From assembly GCF_001194135.2 (NCBI RefSeq), contig NC_068983.1:83275669-83310961 (forward strand): a stretch of DNA of 35,293 nucleotides, given 5' to 3'. Within the stretch, counting starts at the first letter, position 1. The number at the start of each line of letters is the position of its first letter. Both the position numbers and the translations under genes were made by a program. Below are positions 23,630 through 35,293 of this stretch, one piece after another. Below the pieces are notes generated by a model that ran no database searches, was not told the DNA's origin, and worked only from the letters and a program-made list of their open reading frames with translations. This DNA is from Octopus bimaculoides. Taxonomy: Eukaryota.

Positions 23630-24400
23630 CAGGGTTCGGTGAATAAATTTTCGTCTAAATCACACAAGAATGAAAATAACAGACATTTCTCATTCTAACA
23701 GATACATTTACCAAAATTACATAAAAATATCTTGAAACACTAAAGAGTAAATTTATTCAATAAAATCACCATTGGCTTCAACCACGGCATCCAGACAACT
23801 TCAGAATTTCTTGCTGCTTCTGGACGGTCTCCTTGTTTAAGTTGGTGAATGCTGCTATAATCCTTGCCTTGAGTTCATCGCTGGTGTTACAAGGAGTTTT
23901 GTTGGTCTCTTGGTCAACTGCGCCCCACACATAATAATCAAGTGGGTTGCAGTCTGGGGAGTTAGGTGGCCAGATGTTAGGGGGTGATGTGGCTGCAGAA
24001 ATTGTCTGATCGTCATGATTGGGTTCTTCTGCTAGTGTGGCATGGTGCAGAGTCCTGTTGCCAGATATAGATTCTTCCAGCGGCCACCCTCTTGACCTAG
24101 GACAGTACTACCTTCTCCAGGCACTTGATGTAGGGCTCCGTGTTGAGTATGAGGCCGTGTGGGAAGGTGAATGGAAGCATAATGTCACCATCATTAGTGA
24201 TCACTCCAGACATCGTGATGTTGACTGGATGTTTGATTTTTATCACTCTCGGTACATGTTTTGGGGACACGGTAAACCAACGGTTGTTCTGTTTGTTCAC
24301 CATCTCTTTGTACTGGAGCTTCCGGCGCAAATGCTAAACAGTGCACCACTGGATACTTCCGTACTCCTCAAATGTTTCTTTCTTTCTTTGAATGATTTAA
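23630..24400 (-). mobile_element. Tc1/mariner-superfamily DD37D (maT-type) transposon, internally deleted
   Basis: WQQDSAPCH (D at 24052-24054) and WPPNSPDCNPLDYYVWG (D at 23937-23939) are separated by 112 nt, i.e. 37 codons plus a 1-nt frameshift. One terminus is TA|CAGGGT at 23628-23635. The first catalytic D is not found and the other TIR is not visible before the gap. Confidence 0.85.
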
Positions 24401-24888
24401 ATCTCCCTACTGTTCGTGACAAAACAACTGGCTCCATTCTACACTCAAATCATATACAGATTTATATACACNNNNNNNNNNNNNNNNNNNNNNNNNNNNN
24501 NNNNNNNNNNNNNNNNNNNNNNNNNNNNNNNNNNNNNNNNNNNNNNNNNNNNNNNNNNNNNNNNNNNNNNNNNNNNNNNNNNNNNNNNNNNNNNNNNNNN
24601 NNNNNNNNNNNNNNNNNNNNNNNNNNNNNNNNNNNNNNNNNNNNNNNNNNNNNNNNNNNNNNNNNNNNNNNNNNNNNNNNNNNNNNNNNNNNNNNNNNNN
24701 NNNNNNNNNNNNNNNNNNNNNNNNNNNNNNNNNNNNNNNNNNNNNNNNNNNNNNNNNNNNNNNNNNNNNNNNNNNNNNNNNNNNNNNNNNNNNNNNNNNN
24801 NNNNNNNNNNNNNNNNNNNNNNNNNNNNNTATATATATATATATATGACTCTGTGTTTGTGCATGTTATGTGTGTGTATATATATATA

Positions 24889-24960
24889 TTCTTTTATTTC
24901 TTTTATTTGTTTCAGTCATTTGACTGTGGCCATGTTGGAGCACTGCCTTTAGTCGAACAA
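24889..24960 (-). mobile_element. SINE family 2 3' fragment
   Basis: Reverse complement of the family 2 tail (TTTCAGTCATTTGACTGTGGCCATGTTGGAGCACTGCCTTTAGTCGA). Confidence 0.8.
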
Positions 24961-25721
24961 ACTTCAAGCGCTGTATTCGAGATAATAATTTTATTAATCA
25001 ATTGAAATTACGCCTGTAACAATAAGAAAAATCTTTAACATTAATGAAAATTTTAAATTGCAATAACGGTTTACGCTTGGCAGTATATCGTAGACGTTAG
25101 CATAAAACTCAACTTCACTTATGAATTAATAAATATGTTTATATGGAGCAGTAAACTTGAGTGTCATAATATTTCCTTACCAGTGAGAAAATCATAGTCT
25201 GTGTGACGTTGTTGATAATTTATTGGTACGTTTGACACATTTTAAAACACAGCAACTCAATGCATCCCTTGATCTAGTGGCGATCAAATAGGGACATTAA
25301 AATTGTTAATTATTAAGGTATAGCCCCTTTAAAATAAAAGTCGAGTAGATTAAAGTGACTGTATTAGTCGTCATAAAGTACTTCTAGAAATAACTGTATT
25401 CATCGAGAGTGTTGAGATGTTTTTGTTGTTATATTTGTTTAACAACAATCTTTCTACTGACGATAGTTTCTGTAGTGTCAGAAATTGTCGTCAGAGGATC
25501 CAACACGGAAATACTCCAGTTAGATAGAACGAAATAGCAGTAAAATCTCTCTCAAGTCGTCCCATAATGATTTTATAATAATATGACGAATTGGGCAACG
25601 TAGAGTCTGATATACAGACATACGGGATACTCACGATAGAACATCTTTGATCAGACTTCTGCTCGTGAAGAGCTCAATTGGTATTACAACGAGAACAGTT
25701 ACAGTCTTCACATCACTGAGA

Positions 25722-25785
25722 CTGCTGTTGCTGCTGCTGTTGTTGTTGCTGTTGTTGTTGTTGTTGCTGCTGCTGCTGTTGTTGA

Positions 25786-25820
<35 letters not shown>
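25722..25820. repeat. (CTG/GTT)n microsatellite
   Basis: Direct reading. Confidence 0.95.
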
Positions 25821-25824
<4 letters not shown>

Positions 25825-26222
25825 GTTTGAGACTAGCTCTGATCGTGCAGACATATGATTGAAGACATTCCAGCGGTTATCATCCCATCTTTTACTCTAA
25901 CAAATTGTATCTCGGACTACATTATGCAATGTACTCTTCCATTTTCTCAGCACGGTGGATTGTGATTAGGGTAAGACTTGGCAGCTAACTGTAGAGGGAG
26001 AAGCGACCACGCAAACATTCCCTCAAAAGTACAACGCGTGTGAGTACAGAGAAAATGTTTAATACAAGGCCAGAGTACTTCAGAAAATAACAGACACTAT
26101 ACATTCATTCAATATATCTTCCCATGACACCCATATACATTTTGCTATTGAGCTGATCATTTCTCGTATCCTTCATCATAATTGACGATTGTACACTCAG
26201 CAAAATTCCTATTATGACGTTA

Positions 26223-26425
26223 CGAATGGGTGCTGAAAATTTCCTGTCTTTAAGGGTATCGCGAAAGGCCTGGTTGGAGGCCCAGCCTTACATGGCTTAA
26301 GAAAACAAGGACTTCTGCAATAAGTGTGTAAATCTGAGAAGGGAATATGTTGAATAAAATTATAATTAACTGATCCTCCTGTATTTTCTTTTACCCAAAA
26401 CCAAGAACTTTTCAGCAGTCCCTCG
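26223..26425 (+). mobile_element. mariner-derived MITE (203 bp)
   Basis: TA|CGAATGGGTGCTGAAAATTTCCTGTCTTT and AAAACCAAGAACTTTTCAGCAGTCCCTCG|TA are imperfect TIRs with TA on both sides. The interior encodes a mariner-like C-terminus NKCVNLRREYVE*. Confidence 0.85.
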
Positions 26426-26754
26426 TATAATCTAACGCTGTACTGTTTCATTTTTAAGGAATCAGACGCAATTCTTAACCGACATTCTGTTCGTGAAAAT
26501 TAAAAACAACGTTAATTCAGCTAGTTTCGCTGGCTATATCAACGGACTATCACATCCAAGAGTGTGATAACGAAGTGAACCCACAAAACAAATCGTTTAC
26601 AGAATCTCGTTAGCTAAGCAACAAAAGGGTATCCCAAGAACGTATAAGAATTAACTTAATCACAATCTACCATCACACACTTAAGAGACTAACGATGATT
26701 ATAAGATGATGTTGTGTCACGTATAATGTATTATCCAACAAGGAGGATCATAAT

Positions 26755-27252
26755 TCTCTTTTACTCTTTTACTTGTTTCTGCGGTCATGCTGGAGCACCG
26801 CCTTTAGTCGAGAAAATCGACCCCAGGACTTATTCTTTGTAAGCCTAGTACTTATTCTATGGGTCTCGTTTTGCCGAACCGCTAAGTTACGTGAACGTAA
26901 ACACACCAGCATCGGTTGTCAAGCGATGGTGGGGGGACAAACACAGACACCCAAACACACATACATATATATANNNNNNNNNNNNNNNNNNNNNNNNNNN
27001 NNNNNNNNNNNNNNNNNNNNNNNNNNNNNNNNNNNNNNNNNNNNNNNNNNNNNNNNNNNNNNATATATATATATATATATACATTTACATATACACGACG
27101 GACTTCTTTCAGTTTCTGTCTACCAAATCTACTCACAAGGCTTTGGTCGGCCCAAGGCTATACTAGAAGACACTTGCCCAAGGTGCCACGCAGTGGGACT
27201 GAACCCGGAACCATGTGGCTGGTAAGCAAGCTACTTACCACACAGCCACTCC
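26755..27252 (-). mobile_element. SINE family 2, full length, with a gap in its internal microsatellite
   Basis: Reverse complement aligns with 15583-15971. Confidence 0.88.
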
Positions 27253-27824
27253 TGCGCCTGTCTCATTCAATTTGTTAATTAGTGCAGCCAAACATTCTTG
27301 TAAGTCACGCTTTCTGTCTCAGAAATGAGGGGTTGCAGTGGATAAATGGAGTCTGAACAAAAATGAACAGGTCACGACTAGAAAATTATTTTAACCATAC
27401 GTTTCACAAAAATACCACCAGACGTTAATAAATTGCTCTACTGATCAAAGGAAAGCTGACAGTATGAAGAAGAGGGTAGGAACATTCAGATCATCAACAT
27501 ATTTGAGCGATGTAGCAAGGATCAGTAAATGTGCAAATTCGTTAGAATGCTAGTGTTTCACTCAGTGCATCGCTCAACACAAGAGTGTGTACGAGTCGAC
27601 GTGTTTGTATGCGTGTCTGTATATCCATCCGTATAATTTTATAGGACGGCACGTGTGCTTGTGAGCTTTTAAGTGTATATCTATATTTGGGTAAGTATGC
27701 AATTGTTTGAACGTGTGTATATGAGTTTGTGTATTCATCGAAATGGAAAGAAGTCTGTATCTAAATATTTACCAGTATAAGATAATATATCTGAATATTC
27801 AGTGGTGCATTCGTTGAAAACACA

Positions 27825-27827
<3 letters not shown>

Positions 27828-27887
<60 letters not shown>
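27828..27887. repeat. (TTA)20 microsatellite
   Basis: Direct reading. Confidence 0.95.
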
Positions 27888-27888
<1 letters not shown>

Positions 27889-27889
<1 letters not shown>

Positions 27890-29044
27890 GGGATTGTTTC
27901 TGTTTTTAGGCTCCACATTCTGATTATCTCTATTTCCAGATCTTTGTATTTTGAAAGTTTCTCCGTTCTTTTAAAGATACATTGTCATCTGTTGGGATAA
28001 GATGACTAATTCCTGGCTAAGAAATAATATAACTGCGAATATATTCCTTCTTAGCCAGGACAAGATAGCCAGAGATAATATGATTTATTGTATCTTCCCT
28101 ATCGCCACATTCTCTGCAGTTATTTGTATTTTTTTTCATAATGTATTTCTGGTGGTTTCTGATGGGGAGTCTTTGATCTTGTGCAGCAATTAAAAATCTT
28201 TCTTTCTCTGCTTTCAGTCCTGAGCTTTATCAACCATTGTTGGGATTTTACTTTGTCTATTTATTTTCTGCTTAACGTATCCCAGTATTTGCTATGTAAA
28301 GGCTTTTTTTACCATCGTTTTATCAAAGTATTTTTTGTCCCAGTTTTAGTTTGGATTTTTGAGTCGTTTTACAGCTTTTGTTGTTTCATCTTTTTCTGTA
28401 TAATTGTCAGGTACTATGACTTCTTTCCTGTATTTTTCAACTTCCTTAAATACTTGACACAGTGTTTTGCTTTGTTCGTGTTTTGTGGCTATTTCTACCT
28501 GTCTTCCTTGCTTCTGAATTAGGTATTTCTGTAATACTACGGTGGTTATTTTGTAATAGTTTTCTAGTTGTATAAGGCCTCTACGACCTTCAGTTCGTTG
28601 TATAATATTTCTATGTCAGATTTTGGGTGATGTATCCTAAATTCTGTCATTATTTTTCTTGTTTTTCTGTCTAGATTGGTTAGTTCATTTAGAGTCCAAT
28701 TAAGAATATCGTAACTGCAACTTATAACTTGGACAGCTACTAGAGTATTGATACCTACTCTCTTGTTTTTCTCATTGAGCTCTGTCTTAAGTATTGATCT
28801 AACTCGTCTATAGTATTCCTTCCTTATCTTCTCTTTCATTCGTGCGTGTTATACCGTACCTAGTTCATTGACTCCTAAGTATTTGTATGTCTGACTTTGG
28901 TCTAATTCTCTTATTTCATTTGCTTTATCTAGTGTGATATTGTTACTCTTAACTAGTTTTCCTCTTTCCAAGGTTGCTTTGGCACATTTTTCTCAGTCAA
29001 ATTTTATATTTATTTCTTTGGCCAATCCATGCACTGCCTGTCTG
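27889..29044 (-). mobile_element. R4/Dong-clade copy C (RT C-terminus to RLE; truncated at both ends, internally deleted)
   Basis: EKCAK...YKYLG, then MKEKIRKEYYRRVRSILKTELN...LDRKTRK..HHPKSD, IAAQDQ, CRECGDREDTINHIISG, IPTDDNVSLKE, KLSKYKDLEIE..MW..KTETIPI running into (TAA)n. Stops and frameshifts present. Confidence 0.9.
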
Positions 29045-29059
29045 TATTATTATTATTAT

Positions 29060-31228
29060 ATAACTGTTCAAAATTTGGTAGATTGAGGCAAATAACTACT
29101 GCATCACCTGCTGCACCTCCGTGTTGCTGGGGCGTGTGCAGCATTGTGTGTTCTATTCTGCTGTTGGGAGTGTGCGAACTCTTCCCCGTACTTTATTGTT
29201 TTAGCATTTTTTCCTTGAGGTGTGGTGCTGTTTTTTGTTGTGTTACTGCTTGTATTGTATGTTGAGTGTGTAGTGCTTTGATTTTCTAGCTTACTGGTGG
29301 AAGTTTATATCACTGGGTAAATGTTGTATAGAGTGTGTCTTGTATTTGTGGGTTGTTTTGTTTACGTTGTATTATTGGATTAATAATGTCTTGCGTAGGA
29401 TGTGGGTTGTTCCTAGGATGCCTATTTTTTGGACAATGTTTAGTGTTGAGGATCCAGGTATAGCTTCTACATTTTTGTCCATATGATTTTTAATCATACC
29501 CAATGCTCCAATTATTATTGGTATTGTTTTTACTTTCATGCCCCACATTTTGAACATTTTAATTTCGAGGTCTTTGTACTTAGACAAGTTCTCCACTTTG
29601 ACTATTATGTTTGAGCGATTAGCTTTTATTTCTTTGTCAGTTTGAATAGACATATCCTAGACGATTGTGGCCTGATCGTTGTCTTGTACATTGCTTGGTT
29701 CATGCTTATACTACCTGCTGTCAGTTTTGATGTTGTAATGTTGGCATATTGGCCATTGGATATAACTGTTTACTTTGTCGTATCTGTGTACATATTCAGA
29801 CTCGGCAAAGACGGGGCAGCCTGAGATTATGTGGTCAGCTGTCTCATTGTACTGGTTGCACATTCTGTATTTGGTTTTGAGGCCTGTTTTTTATTATTTC
29901 GTTTTTATAATTGTTTGTAGTCAGGCATTGGTCTTGTGCAGCGAAAATCAGTCCTTACGTTTCGGCTTTTAGTCCAGAAGTTTTGAGCCACTGTTAGCTT
30001 TTACTTAAGCTCACTTCCAACTCTATCAAGCCTTGCAAGGTACTGGCCATGAATTGATTGATTTTTCACTCCATTTCTTCTTCAGTGTCTTTTGTAATTC
30101 AGTTTTCATGTTGTTGGTTTTCTTTCTCTCTGACTATTTCTTCTGTTTTCATCTGAGATCTGTGTGTCAGTGTAGTTTGATTCTGTTTTGTATTTTGCCA
30201 CCTCCTTGTTTATAGACAAAAGCGTTTTCTTTTTCTCATATTGCTCTATTAGATGCAGTAGTCTTCCCCTCTGTTTCTAAGTACTTTGCTAGTCCAACTA
30301 TTGTTATTTTATAGTAGTTTTCTATGTGTATCAATCCACGGCCTCCTGTCTGCGTCTGCTTAGGAGTGGTGACTTCGGTACGTTGTTAGTAGTTTTCTGG
30401 TTTTTCTATCTAGGTTTCTCAATTCTCTGATCTTTCAGTTTATTATATTAAAGCTGTAATTTATGACTGGTATGGCTAGCATGTTATCCCTATTATCTTA
30501 ATTTTAGCCTTAAGTTCAGTGTTTGATATTAGTCTAACTCTTCTGTAACACTCTCTCCTAATTTTTTCTTTCATTTCTGTTTGTTGTATTTTAGCTGTTT
30601 CTTCTATTCCTAGATATATCTATGAGCGATTGTGGTTTAATTCTCTAATTTCTGTGTCCATGTCGGGTGCAGTGTTTTCAGTGCTGTATAATTTGCCTCT
30701 TCTCGGTGTGACTGACACATTTGTCCAGCCCCATACTCATTCTGATGTCATTGCTGAAAGTTTTGATAAGGTTTCTCTGTTCCATGATGCTTTTAGCGTA
30801 AGGTTTTAAGTCATCCATGTACAGGAGATGGTTTATATTCTGTACGTAGCCCCTATAACCCACGGTGGTTTCGTTTAACAAGTTTGTTAGCTGAGTCAAA
30901 GAAAGATAGAAAAGCAGGATGACAGTGAGTCTCCCTGGAAAATCCCTCTTCTTATGGGTATAAGGGTAGGTTTTAATAACTTGTGAGTCATTTTTTAATA
31001 TTATACTGGTTTTCCAGTTTGCCATTGCAATTTTGATATATTTTAGTAGTGGGCGGGGGCTACCTTATTTGTGTGAAGAGATTCCAATATCCATGAGTGT
31101 GGAACACTTTCAAATACTTTCAAATAATCAATCGAAGTCATGTTCAAGTTTGTTTTTCTCCTCTTACAGTCCTCTATAATTGCTCGGTTTACCAGAAGTT
31201 GCTCGGTTTACCAGAAGTTGCTCCTTAG
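29060..31228 (-). mobile_element. R4/Dong-clade copy D (RT, CCHC, RLE and about 310 bp 3' UTR), 5'-truncated pseudogene
   Basis: KEQLLVNRA, IDYLKVFESVPHSW, HLLYMDDLK (RT motif), MGLDKC, FAAQDQ, HIISGCP, SKYKDLE, IPIIIGALG, ILGTTHILRK*. Stop at 29372; 3' UTR ends in a short (TAA)n. A 19-bp tandem duplication (31181-31218) and other frameshifts disrupt it. Confidence 0.92.
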
Positions 31229-31315
31229 CAGAATATTTGCTGTAGCCCATCTTTTATACCAAGACAAAACAATGCACATGATATCACTTCCAATCAGTTA
31301 AGATCAAAAAGCATA

Positions 31316-31600
<285 letters not shown>

Positions 31601-31810
31601 TATCCATTGATGAAAAGAGTGGAGACAGTGACTTCGAAGTTTTAGCCTGCCCTCCTTCGTCGGACGAATTCATAGTCACCGTTCATCTTGCGAAAGTACA
31701 ATAAATATATACTCTAAAAAAAAGGTACTGAGTAATTTCTCAGTAAAATTGTTTTTGATATAACTCTGCTTAAAACATATTGTTATGTACATATATACAC
31801 ATACACATAG

Positions 31811-32155
31811 AGTAAAAAAATCCCCTTTGGTCATGAATGACCATGGGGTTGCACCTAGAATGTTACCCTCCAAAGCACAATTGCAGGCAAGGTTGTTTTT
31901 GTGGAATGCTAGCAGCTGCCCATGCATACCAGCCTCCCCTCTCCATGCCACCAATGTTATCCAAGGGAAAGGCAAAGGCCAGATACATCTTGGCACCAGT
32001 GATACCATAACTCATTTCTACAGCTGATTGAACTGGAGCAACATGAAATAAAGTGTTTTGCTCAAGAACACAACATACAGCCCAGTCCGGGAATCGAACT
32101 CACTATCTCATGATCATAAGCCCAACACTCTAACCACTGAGCCGTGCGTCTTCAC
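31811..32155 (-). mobile_element. tRNA-derived SINE family 3
   Basis: Minus strand has A box CGGCTCAGTGG (32134-32144) and B box GAGTTCGATTCCC (32089-32101), then GTTGTGTTCTTGAGCAAAACACTTTATTTCATGTTGCTCCAG, resembling V-/Meta-type SINE central domains (inference). No tRNA acceptor stem 3' half. Confidence 0.8.
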
Positions 32156-33198
32156 ACATACATACATACATACATACATACATACATACATACATACATA
32201 CGTACGTACATACATAAATACATATGCCAGTGTTCTAGAATATACTTGTGTATATAAATTCATATGCACGAATCATTTTCTTTCCCCTTACATTTTTTGA
32301 CTAGTCCAAGAAGGAGCCATATTTCAACCTGTCAACGACAGCCTTTAAGTAAAATGATAACTATTTCGTTGATTATTCTGAAATTAAGGCCGAATATGTT
32401 TTAATCTCCAACAAAATGTGTCAGCGATCATCAGTCAACTATGGCTAATACCTAAATATAATGGCTATTGAATGTCTATAGAATCAACCTCAAAATATTT
32501 TAAGTATCACTTATTTACTACTGCAGTTTGGTAAATGTCAGAAATTCTCCCGTTTATGTTTTCTCCATCATTAATCTTTCTTATTTTGTTGTTTTTATCA
32601 TTTCGTACTGTGAAGGAAAAGGTTAACCCCACGCTGATTTCAGTCTGCATCCTGGTTTCAGTTTCGGTTGCCATTTTATATATATATATATATACATATA
32701 TATATAGCAATTTAACTTCACTTGTTTCGTTTGAGAAAGCCATGAACATTATTTAATCCCGTTTCTTACTGTTTTATATTCATAAATTTATGCCCAAGGA
32801 AGTGTAAGTTACTGAAGACATAAGAAAAATGTAGATCATCAACACATTTTTTAGCGTGCTTATGTCGAGGTAGATTGAGGTTGATGTATACACACACACA
32901 CACACACACATATTTTGATATATTTGTATATATATATATATATATATATATATNNNNNNNNNNNNNNNNNNNNNNNNNNNNNNNNNNNNNNNNNNNNNNN
33001 NNNNNNNNNNNNNNNNNNNNNNNNNNNNNNNNNNNNNNNNNNNNNNNNNNNNNNNNNNNNNNNNNNNNNNNNNNNNNNNNNNNNNNNNNNNNNNNNNNNN
33101 NNNNNNNNNNNNNNNNNNNNNNNNNNNNNNNNNNNNNNNNNNNNNNNNNNNNNNNNNNNNNNNNNNNNNNNNNNNNNNNNNNNNNNNNNNNNNNNNNN

Positions 33199-33234
<36 letters not shown>

Positions 33235-34177
33235 CTTATTCTCTAAAATATATTAACGCTTCACTATGAACTATTAGATACCGTTAGTTACAGATTTTCG
33301 AATCATTACGTTCATTATATATAGCTGCAGAACTGTCTTGTATCGTCACCTTCTGAACTTACTTGAGAGTTACGTTAATAGTAGATTGGGCTGTGGAATA
33401 ATCAGCCATTTTGCACGTTAGTTCAGTGGGTAAGTTGTTCTGTTGACCGAACAACTGGACGTGCATACGTCGAGACCGAAGGGAGTGTCCATCAATATGC
33501 CTCAGTGTGTGTGTGCGTGAGCGCATGCATGCGACTGTAAATGATTATGTCTGTGTCTATCAATATGCCTCAGTGTGTTTGTGTGTATGTGCGTATGATA
33601 TTATTATTTTAAAATTTCACTACTGTCAGGTATTACGGTGTGCAATTGGCGGTGATGTTGTTTAAAGTCAGTTACCTTTTAGACGAGAAAATATATTTAA
33701 CTCTATCATTCATGTCGAATGGCAGAGTTTAATGGTAGAGTTGGTTTGAATATATCTCAATATATGTGAAGAATTTTAACGTAGGTGCAAAATTAACACT
33801 TGAATACCAAAGGTAGAGCAAAATACTATTTGTATTAAAGCCGAACAAAAAAAGCGAAAAAGCTTCAGTTTCTTCGACTCAGACACAGACAGACAGACAG
33901 CTAGATAGATAGATAGAGAGATAGATAGATGCATTTCTTATGCAAATATATGTATGAGTGTAAATGAGTGTGTATATATACTTTATATGCATGTATGCAT
34001 GCATGTTTCTATATATGTATCTATACATGTAAAGAACCATACACTCACAGAGATATAAGAAAGAGAGATACAGAGAGAGACGGAGAGAGGGAGAGGGAGA
34101 GAGAGAGAGAGGGAGAGAGAGAGAGGGAGAGAGAGAATAGGGAGAGAATGCGTGACAGGGATGTATGTCTTTGTATA

Positions 34178-34259
34178 CTCTAATCCCTCGCCATATTGCA
34201 GTTCACCTATCGCGAGAGGTTTTTGGAACGTAACATCCGCGATAGTCGAGGGATTACTG
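34178..34259. mobile_element. 82-bp MITE with pogo/Tigger-type termini
   Basis: TA|CTCTAATCCCTCG...CTATCGCG and CGCGATAGTCGAGGGATTACTG|TA. 10-bp perfect inverted match TAATCCCTCG/CGAGGGATTA, TA at both ends. Family assignment is inference. Confidence 0.7.
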
Positions 34260-34297
34260 TATATGCACGTGTATGTGCACGCGTAAATGTGAATATG

Positions 34298-34346
<49 letters not shown>

Positions 34347-35040
34347 TATACATATGCATACACGAATCTATGTGTGTATATGATTATATGATGTTATGCT
34401 TGATGCCACCAGAGTAAAATTTATTAATCTTCTCTTGTAATATATGCTGGCAAGATGCCATTTCTTTACTGGAATATAGACAATAATTTCTAATGCCTGT
34501 GAAGACGCTGTTGTTTATCAGGGTGGTCATATGGTATAATTGTTAGTCAAATAGTTATAGTCTACATGGAGTTCACTAAATGAAAGACCGCTGTTTTACT
34601 AGCCAAGCTAAGTTACTTCACAGTTTGCAGGCTTATTTACGTATTTTTCAATAGGAACGTCTGAACGAGTTTCTGTATGCGCGCCGAACGCAGCATATAT
34701 GTATACGTGTATCTTGCAGTAAGTGCGCGAGCGTGTGTGTTTGTCTGTGTGTATACTTGTGTGTGCAGAGGAAAAAACATCTCAACACAATATTGGTTAA
34801 TGGACTTTCCAGTCATGCATTTAAAGCAGACATGCATTAACAAATAAAGTTAAAAGAAAGAAAACAGAGGGAAAAAATACAAATCTGTTCCCTCTGTGAG
34901 TATCCTACTTAATAAGTTTTGTTATCATACATACTCACAAACACACCTACATTGATACACACTCTGGCACTTATACACACACACATACACACACGTACGA
35001 ATGTACACACATCCCTACCTCTCGTTCTCACTGTATTTCG

Positions 35041-35083
<43 letters not shown>

Positions 35084-35250
35084 GGTCACTCGCTCACTCT
35101 TTCTTATCTGGGCGTGTTTGTATTCAAATACTCACGCGCTCGCGCGCACACACGTATATATGCACACACACACACATACACACACGCACATATATAAATG
35201 CGCGTTTGTATATATATATAGAGAATTAACATTGCTTGTTTTCACCTTTT

Positions 35251-35293
<43 letters not shown>

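Noticed and set aside
23549-24960. Composite transposon formed by inverted SINE2 tails around the maT element
   Set aside because: SINE2 is abundant in this window, there is no TSD, and a gap intervenes; chance arrangement is more likely.
25951-25970. Possible microexon (TTTTCTCAG|20 nt|GTAAGA)
   Set aside because: 20 nt is not frame-preserving, two of three frames contain stops, and it abuts an old repeat; such motifs arise by chance.
32060-32155. tRNA gene
   Set aside because: A and B boxes are present but there is no cloverleaf closure; it continues into a SINE body.
32362-32434. Minus-strand CUGAUGA...GAAA pair
   Set aside because: No stem II closure and no stem I pairing.

Overview
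AT-rich animal (eukaryotic) genomic DNA with 12 N-gaps (3,577 N in total), most bounded by microsatellites. The SINE families and extreme microsatellite load suggest a coleoid cephalopod such as Octopus; this is inference from recalled repeat families, not a database match. I found no host protein-coding exon, rRNA, tRNA gene or CRISPR array. Nearly all ORFs in the track are microsatellite read-through. The real coding signals are decayed transposons: four minus-strand R4/Dong-clade non-LTR retrotransposon fragments (RT YMDD, CCHC knuckle, restriction-like endonuclease) stacked as two head-to-tail pairs in (TAA)n tracts, and an internally deleted DD37D (maT) transposase. The window also holds several MITEs, a probable Helitron 3' end and three tRNA-type SINE families. 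The most notable hidden features are non-coding. There are two type I hammerhead ribozymes: a near-canonical one at 13781-13864 (-) and a second at 21140-21220 (+), plus three decayed cores, probably Penelope-like LTR remnants. There is also an identical 64-bp retroelement tail inserted twice inside (GATA)n, and a SINE body that carries interchangeable 3' tails, one resembling that 64-bp tail.
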